Shown here one piece after another: positions 1 through 14,391 of a DNA stretch of 64,000 nucleotides. The first letter of the stretch is position 1, and each line of letters begins with the position of its first letter. Location: positions 48,732,001 through 48,796,000 of the forward strand of contig NC_043002.1 in NCBI RefSeq assembly GCF_006345805.1. Reading direction: 5' to 3'. The notes beneath the pieces are model-generated. The model had not been told where the DNA came from, did no database searches, and was given only the letters and a program-made list of their open reading frames with translations. The DNA is from Octopus sinensis. Lineage: Eukaryota. Position numbers and translations under genes: made by a program.

Positions 1-85
<85 letters not shown>

Positions 86-729
86 ATAAGTGTCTATGTA
101 TAGATGTGAATGTGTTTATTGATATGTAGGTGAGTATATGTATGCATGGGTGCATCTGAATATATGAACATATATTTTTATATATATGCATGTATGTGTG
201 TACGTGTCTACATGTGAGTGTATGTGTGTGTGTGTGCGTGCATGTGTGTGTGTGTGTGTGTGTGCGTGTATGTGTGTATGTATGGAAGTACTCAGTGATG
301 TATGACATATTGGTGTGTAAGTGATCGTATAAGTATGAGCTAATGGATGAATGTATATTGCGTAATGGTACAGTTTGGCATGTGCAGAATAACATGTTGA
401 AACTGAATAAATAAACAGACAACGTGCACATTGCAGCTAATGTCAAACATGATAACACACTCATACCGAGCGAATTGAAACCATCAACATTTGTTAGTTT
501 CAAAGAAGAAGCCATGGATGTTGTAGCATGGAAATCTAAATTTACTTAGTATCACCTGAGGAGATTTATATAGTTCTTCTTATACAGGTAAATCGTTACA
601 TAGTTTAATTTAAACTTAACTTTAAATCTTGTATATACGAGGATCTGCATGTAGCAAAACATTTGTAGCGATTAAAAAACTGCCTAACCATACTTACTCT
701 TCCTTTTGACATTTTTACGTTTTACTTTT

Positions 730-792
<63 letters not shown>

Positions 793-956
793 CATACATA
801 CATACATAAATACATACATACATATATATTTATATATACACAACAGGCCTCTTTCAGTTTCTGTCTACCAAATCCTCTCGAGGCTTTGGTTGGCTATAGT
901 AGAACACACTTGCCCAAGGTGCCATGCAGTGGGAAGTAAGCTTCTTACCATGCATA

Positions 957-2202
957 TCAGGTTGGTGCAAAGGTAATGGCTGATTTTTTAAAAACAGTTT
1001 TAGATAGTTTTTAAAAAATTCACAATGAGTAATTTATATATTTTTCTTTCAGATTCTGATTGCATTAGCCATAATCTTCTGCTATATTTGCACTCATGTT
1101 CGTCCCATTTAAAGATCACCTTAGATGTCTAATGTGATCTGACTCAATGAGTTTCATAAAGATGTCAATGCAAGCACAGCAGTAACGTCACTTCAGAAAG
1201 TTTATGGGATGATGTAGTGAATGAAAGAAGTTGCAAGAGATGGTTTTCTCACTTTAGAAGTGGGGATTTGAGTTTGTAAGACAAACCAAAAGAAGTTCGT
1301 TCAAAACTCCGAAGAGTTGGAAGCTGTTGTCAAAGAAAATTCAACTACTGTTTGTAGAGAGTTTGCAGAACAGTTTAACATAGCCCATACAACTGTTCTA
1401 CATCAACTAAAAAAGATCAAAAAGGTTTCAGTGGTTGGAAAATGGGTCCCACATGAATTGTCCCCAGAGGATCTGCAACAGTGTGTTGTTTGCTGTCAGT
1501 CATTGCTTTCACGACACCTTAAGGAACCAGTTTTAGGAAGGCTTGCTACAGCTGATGAGAAGTGGATCCTTTACTATAATGTTAAATGCTGCTGGTTGTA
1601 GATCAGTCTAGGAGGAAGACCTGTTCAACAACCAAGAGGAGGACTTCATCCAAGGAAGATCATGTTGAGTGTACGGTGGGATGTTGAAGGAATTGTCCAT
1701 TATGAACTGTTAGACAACAATCAATCAATTACTGCTGACCTCTGCTGTGTCAACTTCCTCGTTTGAAAGCTGCTTTGCACAGAAAACGACCCTGCTTAGT
1801 CAACAGAAAGGGTGTCATCTTCCACCATGATAATGCTCGTCCTCACATATCTCGACTGACCAAAGATCTCTTGGAAGAGCTTGGTTGGGAAATATTACTT
1901 CATCCTCCATATTCTCCAGACCTTGTTCCTTTTGATTATCACTTGTTTCGGTGACTACAGAACCATTTGAATGGTCTTAGATTGACATTAAGAGAAGAGG
2001 TTGAAAATAAGTTGGATTTATATTTCGCATCAAAACTGAAACAATTTTACAAGTGTGGCATTTTATAAGCTTGTTGACAGATGGAATGAAGCTTTAGAAA
2101 GCAATGGAAATTATGTTAACAAATAAATATTGTCTTAATCATGGGCTTTTTCATTATTTAATAGAGACCTTAAAATCAGCCATTTCTTTTGCACCAACCT
2201 CA
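957..2202 (+). mobile_element. degenerate mariner (DD34D-type) transposon
   Basis: TIRs tcaggttggtgcaaaggtaatggctgatttt / aaaatcagccatttcttttgcaccaacctca, 5' TA. Fragments WVPHEL, TADEKW, HHDNARPH, YSPDLVPFDYHLF, with frameshifts and stops. Confidence 0.92.
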
Positions 2203-2628
2203 CACACACACATTTATGCACACAGGGAGCAACTTTCCTTTAAACGTTTTATTAAAGACACGACTATTGCCTGTTTTAGAGGGAGGTAACTCTTAGTCGT
2301 TGCCTGTGCAACAGTTATAATTCTGCCAGGCGGATGCTGTTTTAGTGATTGATTTACAGCTGAATTCTGTGGGTAATATTCAGTCATCTGAGACATTTGT
2401 TCGTAATCCTAGTGGAAGCTCCACTGATGATGACAACTGGACAAATCCACTGACGTACTATTAAGTGACGCTGCATTCTACTTCAGGTTTTGGAAATTTC
2501 TGGTAGTCAGGTTCCACTGCTGTATGTCCCAGAAAAATCTATGACACTCCATGCTATTAAAGGCTATGTCAGCCCTTGGTTGGTAAGATTCCTTTGCTAA
2601 TTGTGACAAAAATGTGGAATTTTTTCTT

Positions 2629-3044
2629 AGGCATAGGAGTGGCTGTGTGGTAAGTAGCTTGCTTACGAACCACATGGTTCCAGGTTCGGTCCGACTGTGT
2701 GGCACCTTGGGCAAGTGTCTTCTACTATGGCCTTGGGCCGACCAAAGCCTTGTGAGTGGATTTGGTAGACGGAAGCTGAAAGAAGCCCGTCGTATATATG
2801 TATATATATATGTATGTGTATATGTTTGTGTGTCTGTGATTGTCCCCCCAACATCGCTTGACAACCGATGCTGGTGTGTTTATGTCCCCGTAACTTAGTG
2901 GTTCGGCAAAAGAAACCGATAGAATAAGTACTAGGCTTACAAAGAATAAGTCCTGGGGTCGATTTGCTTGACTAAAAGGCGGTGCTCCAGCATGGCCACA
3001 GTCAAATGACTGAAACAAGTATAAGAGTAAAAGAGTAAAGAGAG
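2629..3044 (+). mobile_element. abundant tRNA-derived SINE family A (CORE-like ACCTTGGGCAAGT, internal (TA/TG)n, (GAGTAAAA)n tail), full copy
   Basis: Repeated across the window: about 835-950, 3520-3675, 15060-15590, 19612-19850 plus 24150-24316, 29515-29915, 33583-33980, 42415-42785, 43395-43960, 43990-44615, 55640-56065, 62620-62760. Confidence 0.9.
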
Positions 3045-3839
3045 TTCCTTTATCTGAATAAGTGGATGAAGGATACAATAAAAAAAAACTGTTTGCAGTT
3101 ACACACACACACACACAATTCTTCTCAATGTCATCTAGAATTGTAAAGGTTGCTTGGGATAGGATCACTGAATAGCCATTTTGTGCCTTTGTTTCTGTCT
3201 TCATGGTTTTGTGTGTGGTAGGACTTTGTTTTAAAATATGTTTTGAAGATGTTGTTTATTAAAAGGTTCGTACCGGGTGAATTTGCTTGATGACATGATC
3301 TACGATGCTATGAATCCACTTGCTGATAGCATCACTGAAGTCCATTGCTCTAGTTTGCTCACCTGTTTCCAAGCATGGTAATATCAGCTCGTGACTAGAT
3401 ATGTTTTCACGAAATATTGAAGTGAATGACACTGCTTGTATGACAATGATACTCATTTACAATTAACACATGCTACTACAAAGGGACACAAACACACACA
3501 CACACACACACACACAACACACTGGGGTTCTTTCAGTTTTTGTCTATTAAAACCACTCACAAGGCTTTGGTCAGCTCAGAGCTATAGTAGAAGACACTTG
3601 CCCAAGATGCCTTGCAGCTGAGGATGAACCAGAAACCATTTGATTGGGAACCAAACTTCGTAACCACACAGCCATATATGCACAATGAAAGAAAAGAGTA
3701 CTGAATACTGGAGTTCGAGTTTAAATGGTTTATTATGTAAGGTCAGACAGTAGAACATGTTGATACCTTTGGTTTTGCATCAGCAAAAAGAGATTCTGCT
3801 GTGCCCATTCAGCTGATAGAAGCTACAGCAACGTCTGTC

Positions 3840-3906
3840 AACTATACATACATATATATATTATATATATAATATTATATATATATATATACACACACAC
3901 AACACA

Positions 3907-3976
<70 letters not shown>

Positions 3977-4218
3977 TATATACATATATATATACATATA
4001 CATACATATAAAGATATATATATAATATATATATATACATACATATAAATATATATATATATATACATACATATACATACATATAATTATATATATATAT
4101 ATACATACGTATAAATATATATATGTATACATATACATACATATATATATATATATATATAATATATATATACATATACATGCATATATATATATATATT
4201 ATATATACATATACATGC

Positions 4219-4253
<35 letters not shown>

Positions 4254-4515
4254 TACATACATATATATATATACATATACAAACATACATATATATATAT
4301 ACATATACAAACATACATATATATATATATACATACATACATATATATATACATATACATACATATATATATATACATACATACATATATATATATACAC
4401 ATACATACATACATATACATACATATATATATACAATATATATATACATATACATACATACATATATATATACATATACATATATATAATATATATAACA
4501 TATACATACATCAAC

Positions 4516-4558
<43 letters not shown>

Positions 4559-4688
4559 TATATATACATACATACATATACATATACATATATATACATA
4601 TCAATTATATATATATATACATATACATACATACATATTATACATATACAATATACATATACATATATATATATATATATAATATATA

Positions 4689-4728
<40 letters not shown>
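3840..4728. repeat. compound (TA)n/(TACA)n microsatellite, about 0.9 kb
   Basis: Seen directly. Similar arrays at 1-280, 5055-5690, 9800-10305, 41290-41790, 45820-46115, 60570-61080, 62480-63190. Confidence 0.95.
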
Positions 4729-4729
<1 letters not shown>

Positions 4730-4883
4730 AAATGAGAAAATGGAGAAATATATCTAAATCAATCATCAACTATCAGATAATACCGAATTATATACTTTAG
4801 TGTTTTAATAAAGTATATGATTCGGTATTATCTGATAGTTGATGATTGATTTAGATATATTTCTCCATTTTCTCATTTTGTAT
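4725..4883. repeat. long inverted repeat: 75-bp arms, 9-nt loop, 74/75 matched
   Basis: 4725-4799 is the reverse complement of 4809-4883 except one T.G. Confidence 0.95.
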
Positions 4884-5068
4884 TATTAATTTACGGTAAA
4901 AATAATTTTACCTTTGCCCACCTAATACAGTAAATGAATTAATTGCATCGCAATTTTTATCATTTATGTATTAGCTTTGTTGGGTACTTCTCTAGCAGTA
5001 TATTGGATATATGTTATCCCATGGAGAGTTGAATTTACAACCCCTATCTCATTTTACATATATATATA

Positions 5069-5110
<42 letters not shown>

Positions 5111-5419
5111 TATATATACGTACATATATATATACATATACATACATATATATATATACATATACATACATATATATATACATATACATTCATATATATA
5201 TATACATACATACATATATATACACACATATATATATGCATATATATATATATACACATATATATATACATACATATATATATACATACATATATATATA
5301 CATACATACATATATATATACATACATATATATATACATACATATATATATACATACATACATATATATACATACATACATACTTATATATACATACATA
5401 CATACATATACATACATGC

Positions 5420-5466
<47 letters not shown>

Positions 5467-7198
5467 TATATATACATACACATATAGATAGATATATATA
5501 CATATACACATATAGATAGATATATATATACATATAAACATATAGATAGCTATATATATACATATAAACATATAGATAGCTATACATATATATAGATATA
5601 GATATACATGCATATACATATGTACACATGCACATATACACACATACGTATATACATGTATGCACAAATATGTAGACATACACACATATAATTTACAAAT
5701 TTTGCTAATTATTTTTGTTAATCATTATTGATACTAATTACCACTAATTTAGTTAATTTTGGGAACAAGTTTTCCAAAACCTAGCCAAGTAAAGTTATCT
5801 CCCCCTATAAAAATATCAAATTTCAGTTGGAGTGTTATCACCCTTTATGACTAACTTCTGCAGATTGTCCTGCGAATGAAATAGGGAGGCCCTGATGACA
5901 TCTTTCGTGACATCATTATGCTACCTCAAGCTGATGTCCGGACTGAGTGGGGGAAAAAGAAAATGTGAATAATCAGCTGAATACATATAATCATACTCTA
6001 AACCATATACTGAATACTTCTCTTCTTTATAGTTAATATATGTGTGTGCATGTATGTACGTTGTGTATTACATATATACATACATATATATATATGTGTG
6101 TGTGAGTGTGTATGTATGTATGTATGCACATACACACACACACACATATGAAATGAAATGCAGTACGGGTTTGTTTTATGGGGAAGTACTGCTGATGCCC
6201 TCTTTGTGGTGACCAACTGCGGAAGTACTTAATCAAAGTAAACTACAGTATTTAGCATTCAGCAATCTGTAGAACACTTTGGACAGAGTTCTATGCTCTG
6301 TAATCTCAGGAAAATCTGTGTACATGACTGATTTGTGAGGGTTATACAAACTATGTACAGGGTGTGGTCAGTAAGGGGAAAGTTAGCAATGAATACAGTA
6401 ACTAGTTTTAATGTGCAACTTTATGTTCACCAGAGCTCACTTCTCAGCTCCCTTCTATTCATCATTGCCCCACCACCACAAACTATAATAGAAGTCTAAG
6501 AACATTTGTCTCCGGAAACTGCTATATGTTGATGCCTTAGTTCTTATAACAGAATCAGTAATAGATATAAAGAAAAAAATTCAGGCAAAAATGAACAAAT
6601 CTGGAACTAAGAGGCCATAAAGTAAACTTATCAAAGACTAAGGTTTTATTTAGTAGGAGAAAAGATAGGAGTCTGTTACTATTATGGAAATTGCCATGCT
6701 TAATATACAGAAAAGGAGCATGTAGAAACTCCATAGCAGTGCACCCGGTGCTGATCAAGAATGCACAAATAATGCAGTAGCATCACAGGAATGCTAATAG
6801 TGAAGGTAGACTTCATATACAGTAGATGCACAAGAGCAATAAGCGCTAACAGAACATGGGAAGTAACTTCTCACAAATACCTAGAAATCTTTCTTAAAAG
6901 TAGATGGTTTATTTTGTCACCTACATGATTGAATGAGCAATGAAAGTAAGTGTTTTGAAAGCATGATAGCCATAATACGAACAAGTTGTCAAAAGTTCAT
7001 GGGGCTATATCTCTTTGCTGGCAATAAAGGAGTGAACTGCATGATGCAAGAGAAATGAATGTTCAGGGATGGGCATGTGATGCCTATAGAAGATGATGGC
7101 TATATAAAGAAGTGCTGAGCAATGAGAATAGATGGAGCCTGTGGAAGAGAAAGACTGAGGAGAATATGGGGCAAAGTAGTGTGTGTGTGTGTGTGTGT

Positions 7199-7254
<56 letters not shown>

Positions 7255-9854
7255 AGTCTGTTATATATATATATATATATATTACCTCATCATCATCATT
7301 GTCATCATTTTATATTTGCCTTTCAGATCATCATAAGTTGGACAGATAGTCATGGTCCAGGTCAAATCTTATTCAGAGTTACTGCCTTTTTAGATGAGTT
7401 GTGAGACTGAATAAGACTTGGGATAAGTGATGAAGACTAGTCTCTTGATGTGTTTCACAAAGGATATGATAAAAGATCACAACAATTTGTCACATGTGAG
7501 GGTGGCAAAGACCTGATTGCTCATGTAAGCATGGAGTAAAATTACATTAAAATGGAGACGTGATGTAGGAAGGATATATTTAATATATTTCCACATTTGG
7601 CCGTTCACCCATATTGTATCTGCTAAGTTTCCACCAGCAATTCTTGTCTATTCATAATTCTTTTATCACTCTACCATCCTACCAACTATTTGCTGTACCA
7701 TGCAGTCCATGTACTGAGGAAAAGTTTTAGATCTGTCTATACTTGTTCCACCTCTCATTACTATCATTCATTCCTCTCTCCTTTATTGATGCCTGAATAA
7801 TGAAGGATTGCATCAGGCATGGTAATATTCAATACATACCTCCGTTTATTCTTTGTTGCTATCCATCACTCCCTCCCTTAGCTCTCTCTTTTATTGACAT
7901 TCATCACCCTTACTATTGCCATCTCAACAATTCATCACTTGTACTCTCTCTTTTCAGCAAAAATTAATCCTTCTATCCTGCTGGTCATCACTCAAGTCAC
8001 TCTTTACTGACATCAGTCACACTTTTTTACTATTGATCTATATAACTACCCATCACTTTCTGCCTCTCTTATAAGCACACATGTTGCTGCTTTGGGGCTT
8101 CTGTCTCCCATTATGCTTTACTATTATTATCACTCTCTCTCTTTTCTCTTTTTATACCTTGCCATTACAATTTCTCTTCCATTACTCTTTCTCACACAGC
8201 TCTCCTCAAAATTTCCCTCGATTTTCATACTTTACTTTCTTTCCTTCCTCCCACCTCAGTTCATCTTCTACAACCATCTACCTTTCTGCCCTCTCAATTG
8301 GTTACATTGCTCTATGAAAATGGAACAAAGTAGAGAAGTGCTAACTCTCTTTCTACTGGAGTACAAAGCAACTTCAATAATGTGGTGCTAAAAATAAAAT
8401 ACTTCCAGTACATTCTGTAAAGTGATTGACGTTAGGAAGGGTATCCAACCATTGTAATCATGCTCAAAATAGAATGTACAAGCAAGATATTGATATCCCA
8501 AATAATGTTCCTTCCAATTTTTTTTTTTTTTGCACTGGATAGGCTCAAAAATTTACTAATATGAAAATTTTGTCCCTCTTTGTTAAGTATGTGGTGCATC
8601 CATACAAGATGCTACCTTTAATTTTTAAAAAAATTGATTTCATCCTGGAAACCTTGTGTGTGCACAATTTTTTCCTTTGTATGCGTACACATGTGAACAT
8701 TTTAGTGAGGACAGTCCTTATAACCTATCTGAAAGGCAGCAACACTGAATAAGAAGGGAAAAATTCAGCTCATGGTAGCATGAAAAATAGACATAAAATG
8801 ACAATGATGGTATGCATATATATGCACAAATGCATATCTATGTATGTACACACACACACACACACAAACATACATTAATGCATACACTTGTGTGTGTATA
8901 TGTATGAGTATGTGCATGCTTACAGTTGTCCACCTAATTCAGTGACGACTATCTTCTGGAATTGAGAATCTTTTTTTATAACTGCACTTTTAAAGAGCAG
9001 CAATAGAGGAGACAACTATGTGGATGATTGTAGAATCACAACAGCTAAATCTGTGCTATGCTTACTGTGAGCATCCATGAATGAATAAACCACAGAAGTG
9101 GTAGTATTTCATTATCAAAGACATGTGGTACCTTGGCTACTGTAACAACAATGACCACCACTGAGATCCAAGACCCATAGTCGACATTGCAGGAAATGTT
9201 ATCTGTACAATGAAGTTGACATTAGGAAAGTATATTTCCCAATATCACTATTTTTGCTGTGAAGGACATGCATCTGATGGCAAAGACGATTCAAGATGAC
9301 TGGTAACTTCTCACAGGTGCAGAAAGTTACTGGAAATCCAATCGATTGGGAACTGCCTTAAAGCTATCTATCACAGCTTGTTTTTCTTTCAGAGTGTACC
9401 CTTTGACACACCCACAAGACAACAGGGTAGTACAAATAGATTGCTGCTACCACAGTAAAGGAGTCCTATCTATTCCTATTTTGACTAATAACTCAGGAAA
9501 CAGTACTCCCAAATGGACAGCAGTGCACTTGGTCACTATATCAAATATTTCTATTTCAATGTACTCTATTGGTAGGTGTTGATTCAGTTGGGTTTTTTTT
9601 TAGCACTCCTCTTAACCAGGCTAGCCCTGTAGAGGTAGGATTGGGGTGGGTGATGTTGCTTTAGTTGCCAACAATCTAACCATTTAACAAAATGTACCAA
9701 CTTACATGTCACCAGTAGCATTATATATATAACTTAGACAACTTAGATACGTTTTGACCAAAGATTGGCCCAGGTCATGTCTAACTTAATAGCACCACCT
9801 GATATATACATATATATGTATACATATACATACATACATGTATGTATGTATATA

Positions 9855-9925
<71 letters not shown>

Positions 9926-10132
9926 TACATACATTACACACACACACACACACAAACATATATATATATATATATATACATACACACACATACACACATG
10001 TATATTTATGTATCTATATATGCGCATATATATATTTATAAACATGCATGTATATACATATATCTATACACACACACACATATATATCAATGCATGTATG
10101 TACATTTGTATGTGTATGTGCATGTGTGTGAG

Positions 10133-10164
<32 letters not shown>

Positions 10165-10178
10165 CATATATATATATA

Positions 10179-10210
<32 letters not shown>

Positions 10211-10323
10211 CATACATATGTGTGTATATGTAAACTCATGTATGTGAATGTGGTGAATGTATGCATGCATGTGTTGATGTTTCTTTACATTTATATATGT
10301 ATATATATTTTTTCTTTTGCATA

Positions 10324-10329
10324 TTTATT
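10324..10329 (-). promoter_or_regulatory. candidate proximal polyadenylation signal AATAAA
   Basis: First AATAAA on the minus strand, about 90 nt after the stop. AT-rich context, so a longer 3'UTR is equally possible. Confidence 0.3.
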
Positions 10330-10420
10330 AAAATAATGAAATGTGTGGGAAGCTCATCAACAGAATGTTACATTAAACCTTAAAGAAATGTCTGGGTAAA
10401 GTTTGAATAAATGCCAATTA

Positions 10421-11874
10421 TTAATTTGTGTATGCAGTTGAGTACCACGGTCCTGAAGATCGATGACTACTATGGTCATAGGAAGGAGTATTATTACCAT
10501 TGTTCATATGACTATAATGGGTATACTCTGAGGATGTTGGGATGTATGGACCAGAAGCTTGAAATCCTGTAGATTTTGTATGATCATATTCAAGGTTTTG
10601 AGGTGAGGTGACAGTTAATGTATAGCCAGCTTGTGGTTTGACAGGTATACGCTGGATTGCAGAATTGTCGGCTGGAAGACTTGTACATTGAGTGGTACTA
10701 TCCACATAGCTAACATCGGTGAAGGGTGAGTGCAATTTGTCTTGAGGAGAGACAGAAGATGGGGGTGTGATGCTGTAAGAGTCTGACATAGCATTACAAG
10801 ACATAGAAACGGTTAATGGAGTGGATGCATATGTAGAAGCAGCGTACTGTGCATCTTGGTTGATAGGAGCCTTGCTTCCATTTGGCATTGATGACATTGA
10901 TGCATTTGTTGGATCTTTATAGCCACCGTCACCACTAGGTGGCGTTAACATACTTACAGGAATGTCATTATAACATTGTGGACGACTGCTTCGAATGACG
11001 GATTCTCGATTGGCAAAAATTGACCTCAGAAGATTTGAGGCAGGAAGAGAATCTGATGCATTCTGATGAGATCCAATCCATTGTATTGTTGGTTTGTGTC
11101 GTGACTGATAACGGTTGTTCATTTCTCCATTCATATTGGAATCAGGATTTTCTGTAATTGTTGGCAGGTGCCGGTTCATCACATCTTCTAAGTCTTTAAC
11201 CGAGGTGTGTTGGTGTGAGAAGTCAGGAGTGTTACTTTCAACAGTATTTGTCCAATCTGATGTACAATCTCTATTAGATGTTGAATTTGGTAAATGTGAA
11301 TTCTGAACTGGAGAGTGAACTATAGTCACTGATTTTGTTGATAAGTCTTCAGGTATTGGAGATGAAATGTTAGCTGTTAGTTTCTCTTGATTTCTCATTG
11401 ACATAGCCACATTTGATTTTATGTGATTCATCTCCCCTGAATTATTTTTGTTGTCATCAATGCTACTAATGAGACGAGTGATCTTACTGTCCATATCTTT
11501 ATGGTCACTAAGAAATTCATCCTCCAAATAGTTATCTTCAATGGTTTCATTTTCTCGACGACGCTTTCTTGGCTTTTCTGCTTTGCGTCTTGAATTTTTG
11601 TTGTCCAGTTTAATTGGTTCATTGCTTTTGTCAATAAACATGGAGCAGTTGTCGTTGACCTCATTCTGGTCATTGTTATTGTTGGATAATTTGGATTGTA
11701 CCCCTGTAAAGAGAGCTTCAGACTCTTGACTCACTGACTGCTTATCATAATGACCTTCTATACTATTCTGATTATTAGCAGACATTGTAGAAGAGGGTTT
11801 CATGGAAATGGATTGTGAGCTAATTCCACCTTGATTATCATTTTTATGACTTTTATCTTTTGTTTTCCGACAGT
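10421..11874 (-). CDS. trh: trh-like terminal coding exon (S/N-rich C-terminal region, basic KPRKRRR putative NLS, ends PWYSTAYTN*)
   Basis: Long stop-free frame inside the 509-aa ORF 10421-11950. Acceptor tttttccAG at 11876-11875. The eight exons total 2325 nt (774 aa + stop). Confidence 0.9.
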
Positions 11875-12039
11875 CTGGAAAAAAGGAAAAAAGAAAAAAC
11901 AGGCAATTTTGAAAGAACTTCAAAGAATTAAAAAGGAAAATATTAACCACTAATCTTATATATAGTATTAGACATTATAAGCACTATTTTAAGATAGAAA
12001 AAAGAAAGACCAACAGATAGAATTTAACAATATGTCCTA

Positions 12040-12510
12040 TTGCTTGCCAACAGTATGAAGATCTGGTCGTACCAAGGAATTGTCCCACTAAGAGCAGTCT
12101 ATGCAGGAGAAACTTGGAAAATGACTGCCAAGATTTCCCAGATGCTGAATGCATTTCATGAATTGTGTCTATGTAGAATACTCAAGATCCCCTACAGGGG
12201 CAGAATCACAAACACTGAAGTCTCTAGAAGAACCAATTTGCACAGCTCGCAGAAAATTGTGCTGAAAAGAAGAGTGAGACTTGCGAGTCATGTTTTCCAA
12301 CTGCAAGAAGGACAAACACCAAGCCAGCTTGAGTGCCAGGAGAGGGACAAAGAAAAAGAAAATGACCCAAGAGGACATGGTATGTCACCCTCAAAGAAGG
12401 TCTGAAGCAACTTAGCATCACATGGGAAGATACAGGCAACTATACTAAAAACCAAGAATATTGGAGCCATCTTGCTGTCCAGTATACAGGTCAACAGTTC
12501 AGGAGTAACT
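12040..12510 (+). mobile_element. RTE-type LINE C-terminal fragment in the last trh intron
   Basis: YAGETWKMT...LNAFHELCLCRILKI.Y...ITNTEV.RRT is typical of the post-RT region of RTE elements. Confidence 0.75.
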
Positions 12511-12670
12511 ATGATTATTGCTTGCCAGACAACTTAGTTATCAATTACAATACTATTTTAACTGCACTGTTTCAAATTATTTGTGTATCTTCCTCATCAT
12601 CTTGGAATTTGTCAATCAGAACTCAAAATGTCATTTCTAAAGACATCAAAGTCAGTAAAGATCTATATAC

Positions 12671-12783
12671 CTATATCTGTATCTTGGTTGATTTGGTCTT
12701 TGAGACTGCTACTGTTTGAGCTCATTCCAGTTACATTCTTTAGCTGACTTGTGTCAAAAACACAGTTACCACATTCCAAACCA
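12671..12783 (-). CDS. trh: trh-like exon after PAC (SGLECGNCVFDTSQLKNVTGMSS...DTDI)
   Basis: S..E.....D..QL pattern follows PAC in trh/NPAS3. Acceptor ttttgcAG; weak donor G|GTATAT gives the phase 1 needed by the last exon. Confidence 0.8.
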
Positions 12784-14210
12784 CTGCAAAATAGAAAACA
12801 TTTGTTTAGGAATAGAAGAATATAATAAGAATTGTTTTATTTTTGAGAGGAACATTTTGGCAATAAAAACACAACTGTAACCTTTTCAATGAGAACTCAT
12901 TGAAAAGACTACAGTTATATGGCAAAAAATTTGACCAATGAATCAAATGATAATGGCATTAAATCTTGGTACAAAGTCAGCAGTTTTTAGTGGAGTGGGT
13001 AGGTTGATTACATCAATCCCATTGCTCATCTGGGACTTCTTTTATCAATCCCAAAAGGATGAAAGGCAATATTGACCATGGCAGAATTTGAACAAAGAAT
13101 GTAAAGAATCAAAAGAAATGCTGCTAAGCATTTTGCTCAAAATGCTTATGACTTCCCCAGTATGTGGCCTTTAATTGTTTCAAACTTTAGCACAAGAGCA
13201 GCAGTTTTAGGGAAGGGGGATAGTCGATTATATCAACTCCAATGTTTATCTACTACATATTTTACTGACCCTAAAGGATGAAAGGCATAGTTACCCTCAG
13301 TGGGATTTGAACTCTGAATGTAAAGAGCCAGGAGAAATGTTGCAAAGCATTCTGCCAATCTTCTACACTAATGCATCAATTAGTAATAAGTGTTAATTAA
13401 CCATCACTATCCTTTTAATGTCCACTTTTCTATGTTGGCATGAGTCAGATGAAATTTGTTGAGGCAGGGTTCTTCAGCTAGGTCCCTTTACTGTTGCCAA
13501 CCCTCACCTGTTTCTAAGTAAGGGAATATTTTTACCTAGTTTTACGTGTTTCAATGGCAAATGAAACAAAGGACACCGCTTTTTTGATAGAAATGCTCGT
13601 TTATAGCCATCACATAATGCCAAATCAAGGACACACACACGCACACTCATGACTGGCTTCTTTCAATTTCTGTCTAAGTTTTTTGTTGACCTGGAGGTTC
13701 AGTAGAAGACATTTAGCCAAGGTACCATGCAGTGGGACTAAACAGCGTGCGAGAGAGAGAGAGAGAGAGAGAGAGAGCAACAGAGTGCAAGAAAGAGAGA
13801 GAGAGAGAGAGAGAGCGGGTGAGTGAATTTGTGTATCAGTAAAAGAGAGAAAGTATATGTGCAAAAGAGAAGGTGTGCATGAGAGAAAGAGAGGATATGT
13901 AAACTGCCAAATTGACACATTTATTTTCCAATATATTTTCAGAATAGCCTTTCATTAACACTTCTCATTCTCTCTATGCCCACCACAGAAAAACAAAACT
14001 GAAGGAAACTAAGGATAGTTTATGCCTGAAGGATGGTTTATGTCTGAAAAAAAAGAAAGAGTTAGTTAACACATTTCACGGGCATTAGAATTCCATCTTT
14101 CTTCACTGCGCATAAACTTATTCAAAATCAGAAAATTTAGTATTTGAAAGTTTTATATTAGTGATTAATCACAGCAGTCTAGTTAATTTAGCAAGTAATT
14201 AATTACAAAC

Positions 14211-14358
14211 CTTATTATATAATTGATAGCTATAATGTTCTGATCATCCAAGTTCTTAGCATTACAGATGGTTGTAGCACATGTTTGAATCCAACAATAA
14301 CCTCCATGTTTATTCATTAGCCGGTAGTAATCAGTACATACTTGGCCTTTTGACAGAA
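14211..14358 (-). CDS. trh: trh-like exon, PAS-B/PAC (LSKGQVCTDYYRLMNKHGGYCWIQTCATTICNAKNLDDQNIIAINYII)
   Basis: KGQV.T.YYRLMNK.GGY.W.QTCAT matches the trh PAC region. Acceptor cttttAG, donor AG|GTTTGT. Confidence 0.95.
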
Positions 14359-14391
14359 CTAAAAGAAAAGAAAAAAACACACACATATATC

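Noticed and set aside
3838-5685. Many long Y/I/M/C/H/T-rich ORFs (also 9743-10336, 41268-41931, 62317-63975)
   Set aside because: Translations of (TA)n/(CA)n/(TACA)n microsatellites, which lack stops in several frames.
7760-8070. Degenerate pyrimidine-rich pseudo-repeat (CATCACT...CTCTCT..ATTGA)
   Set aside because: Too decayed to define a unit; no coding or structural signal.
11875-11950. N-terminal 25 aa of the 509-aa ORF (MVNIFLF...FFP)
   Set aside because: Intronic polypyrimidine tract; the exon starts after the AG at 11876-11875.
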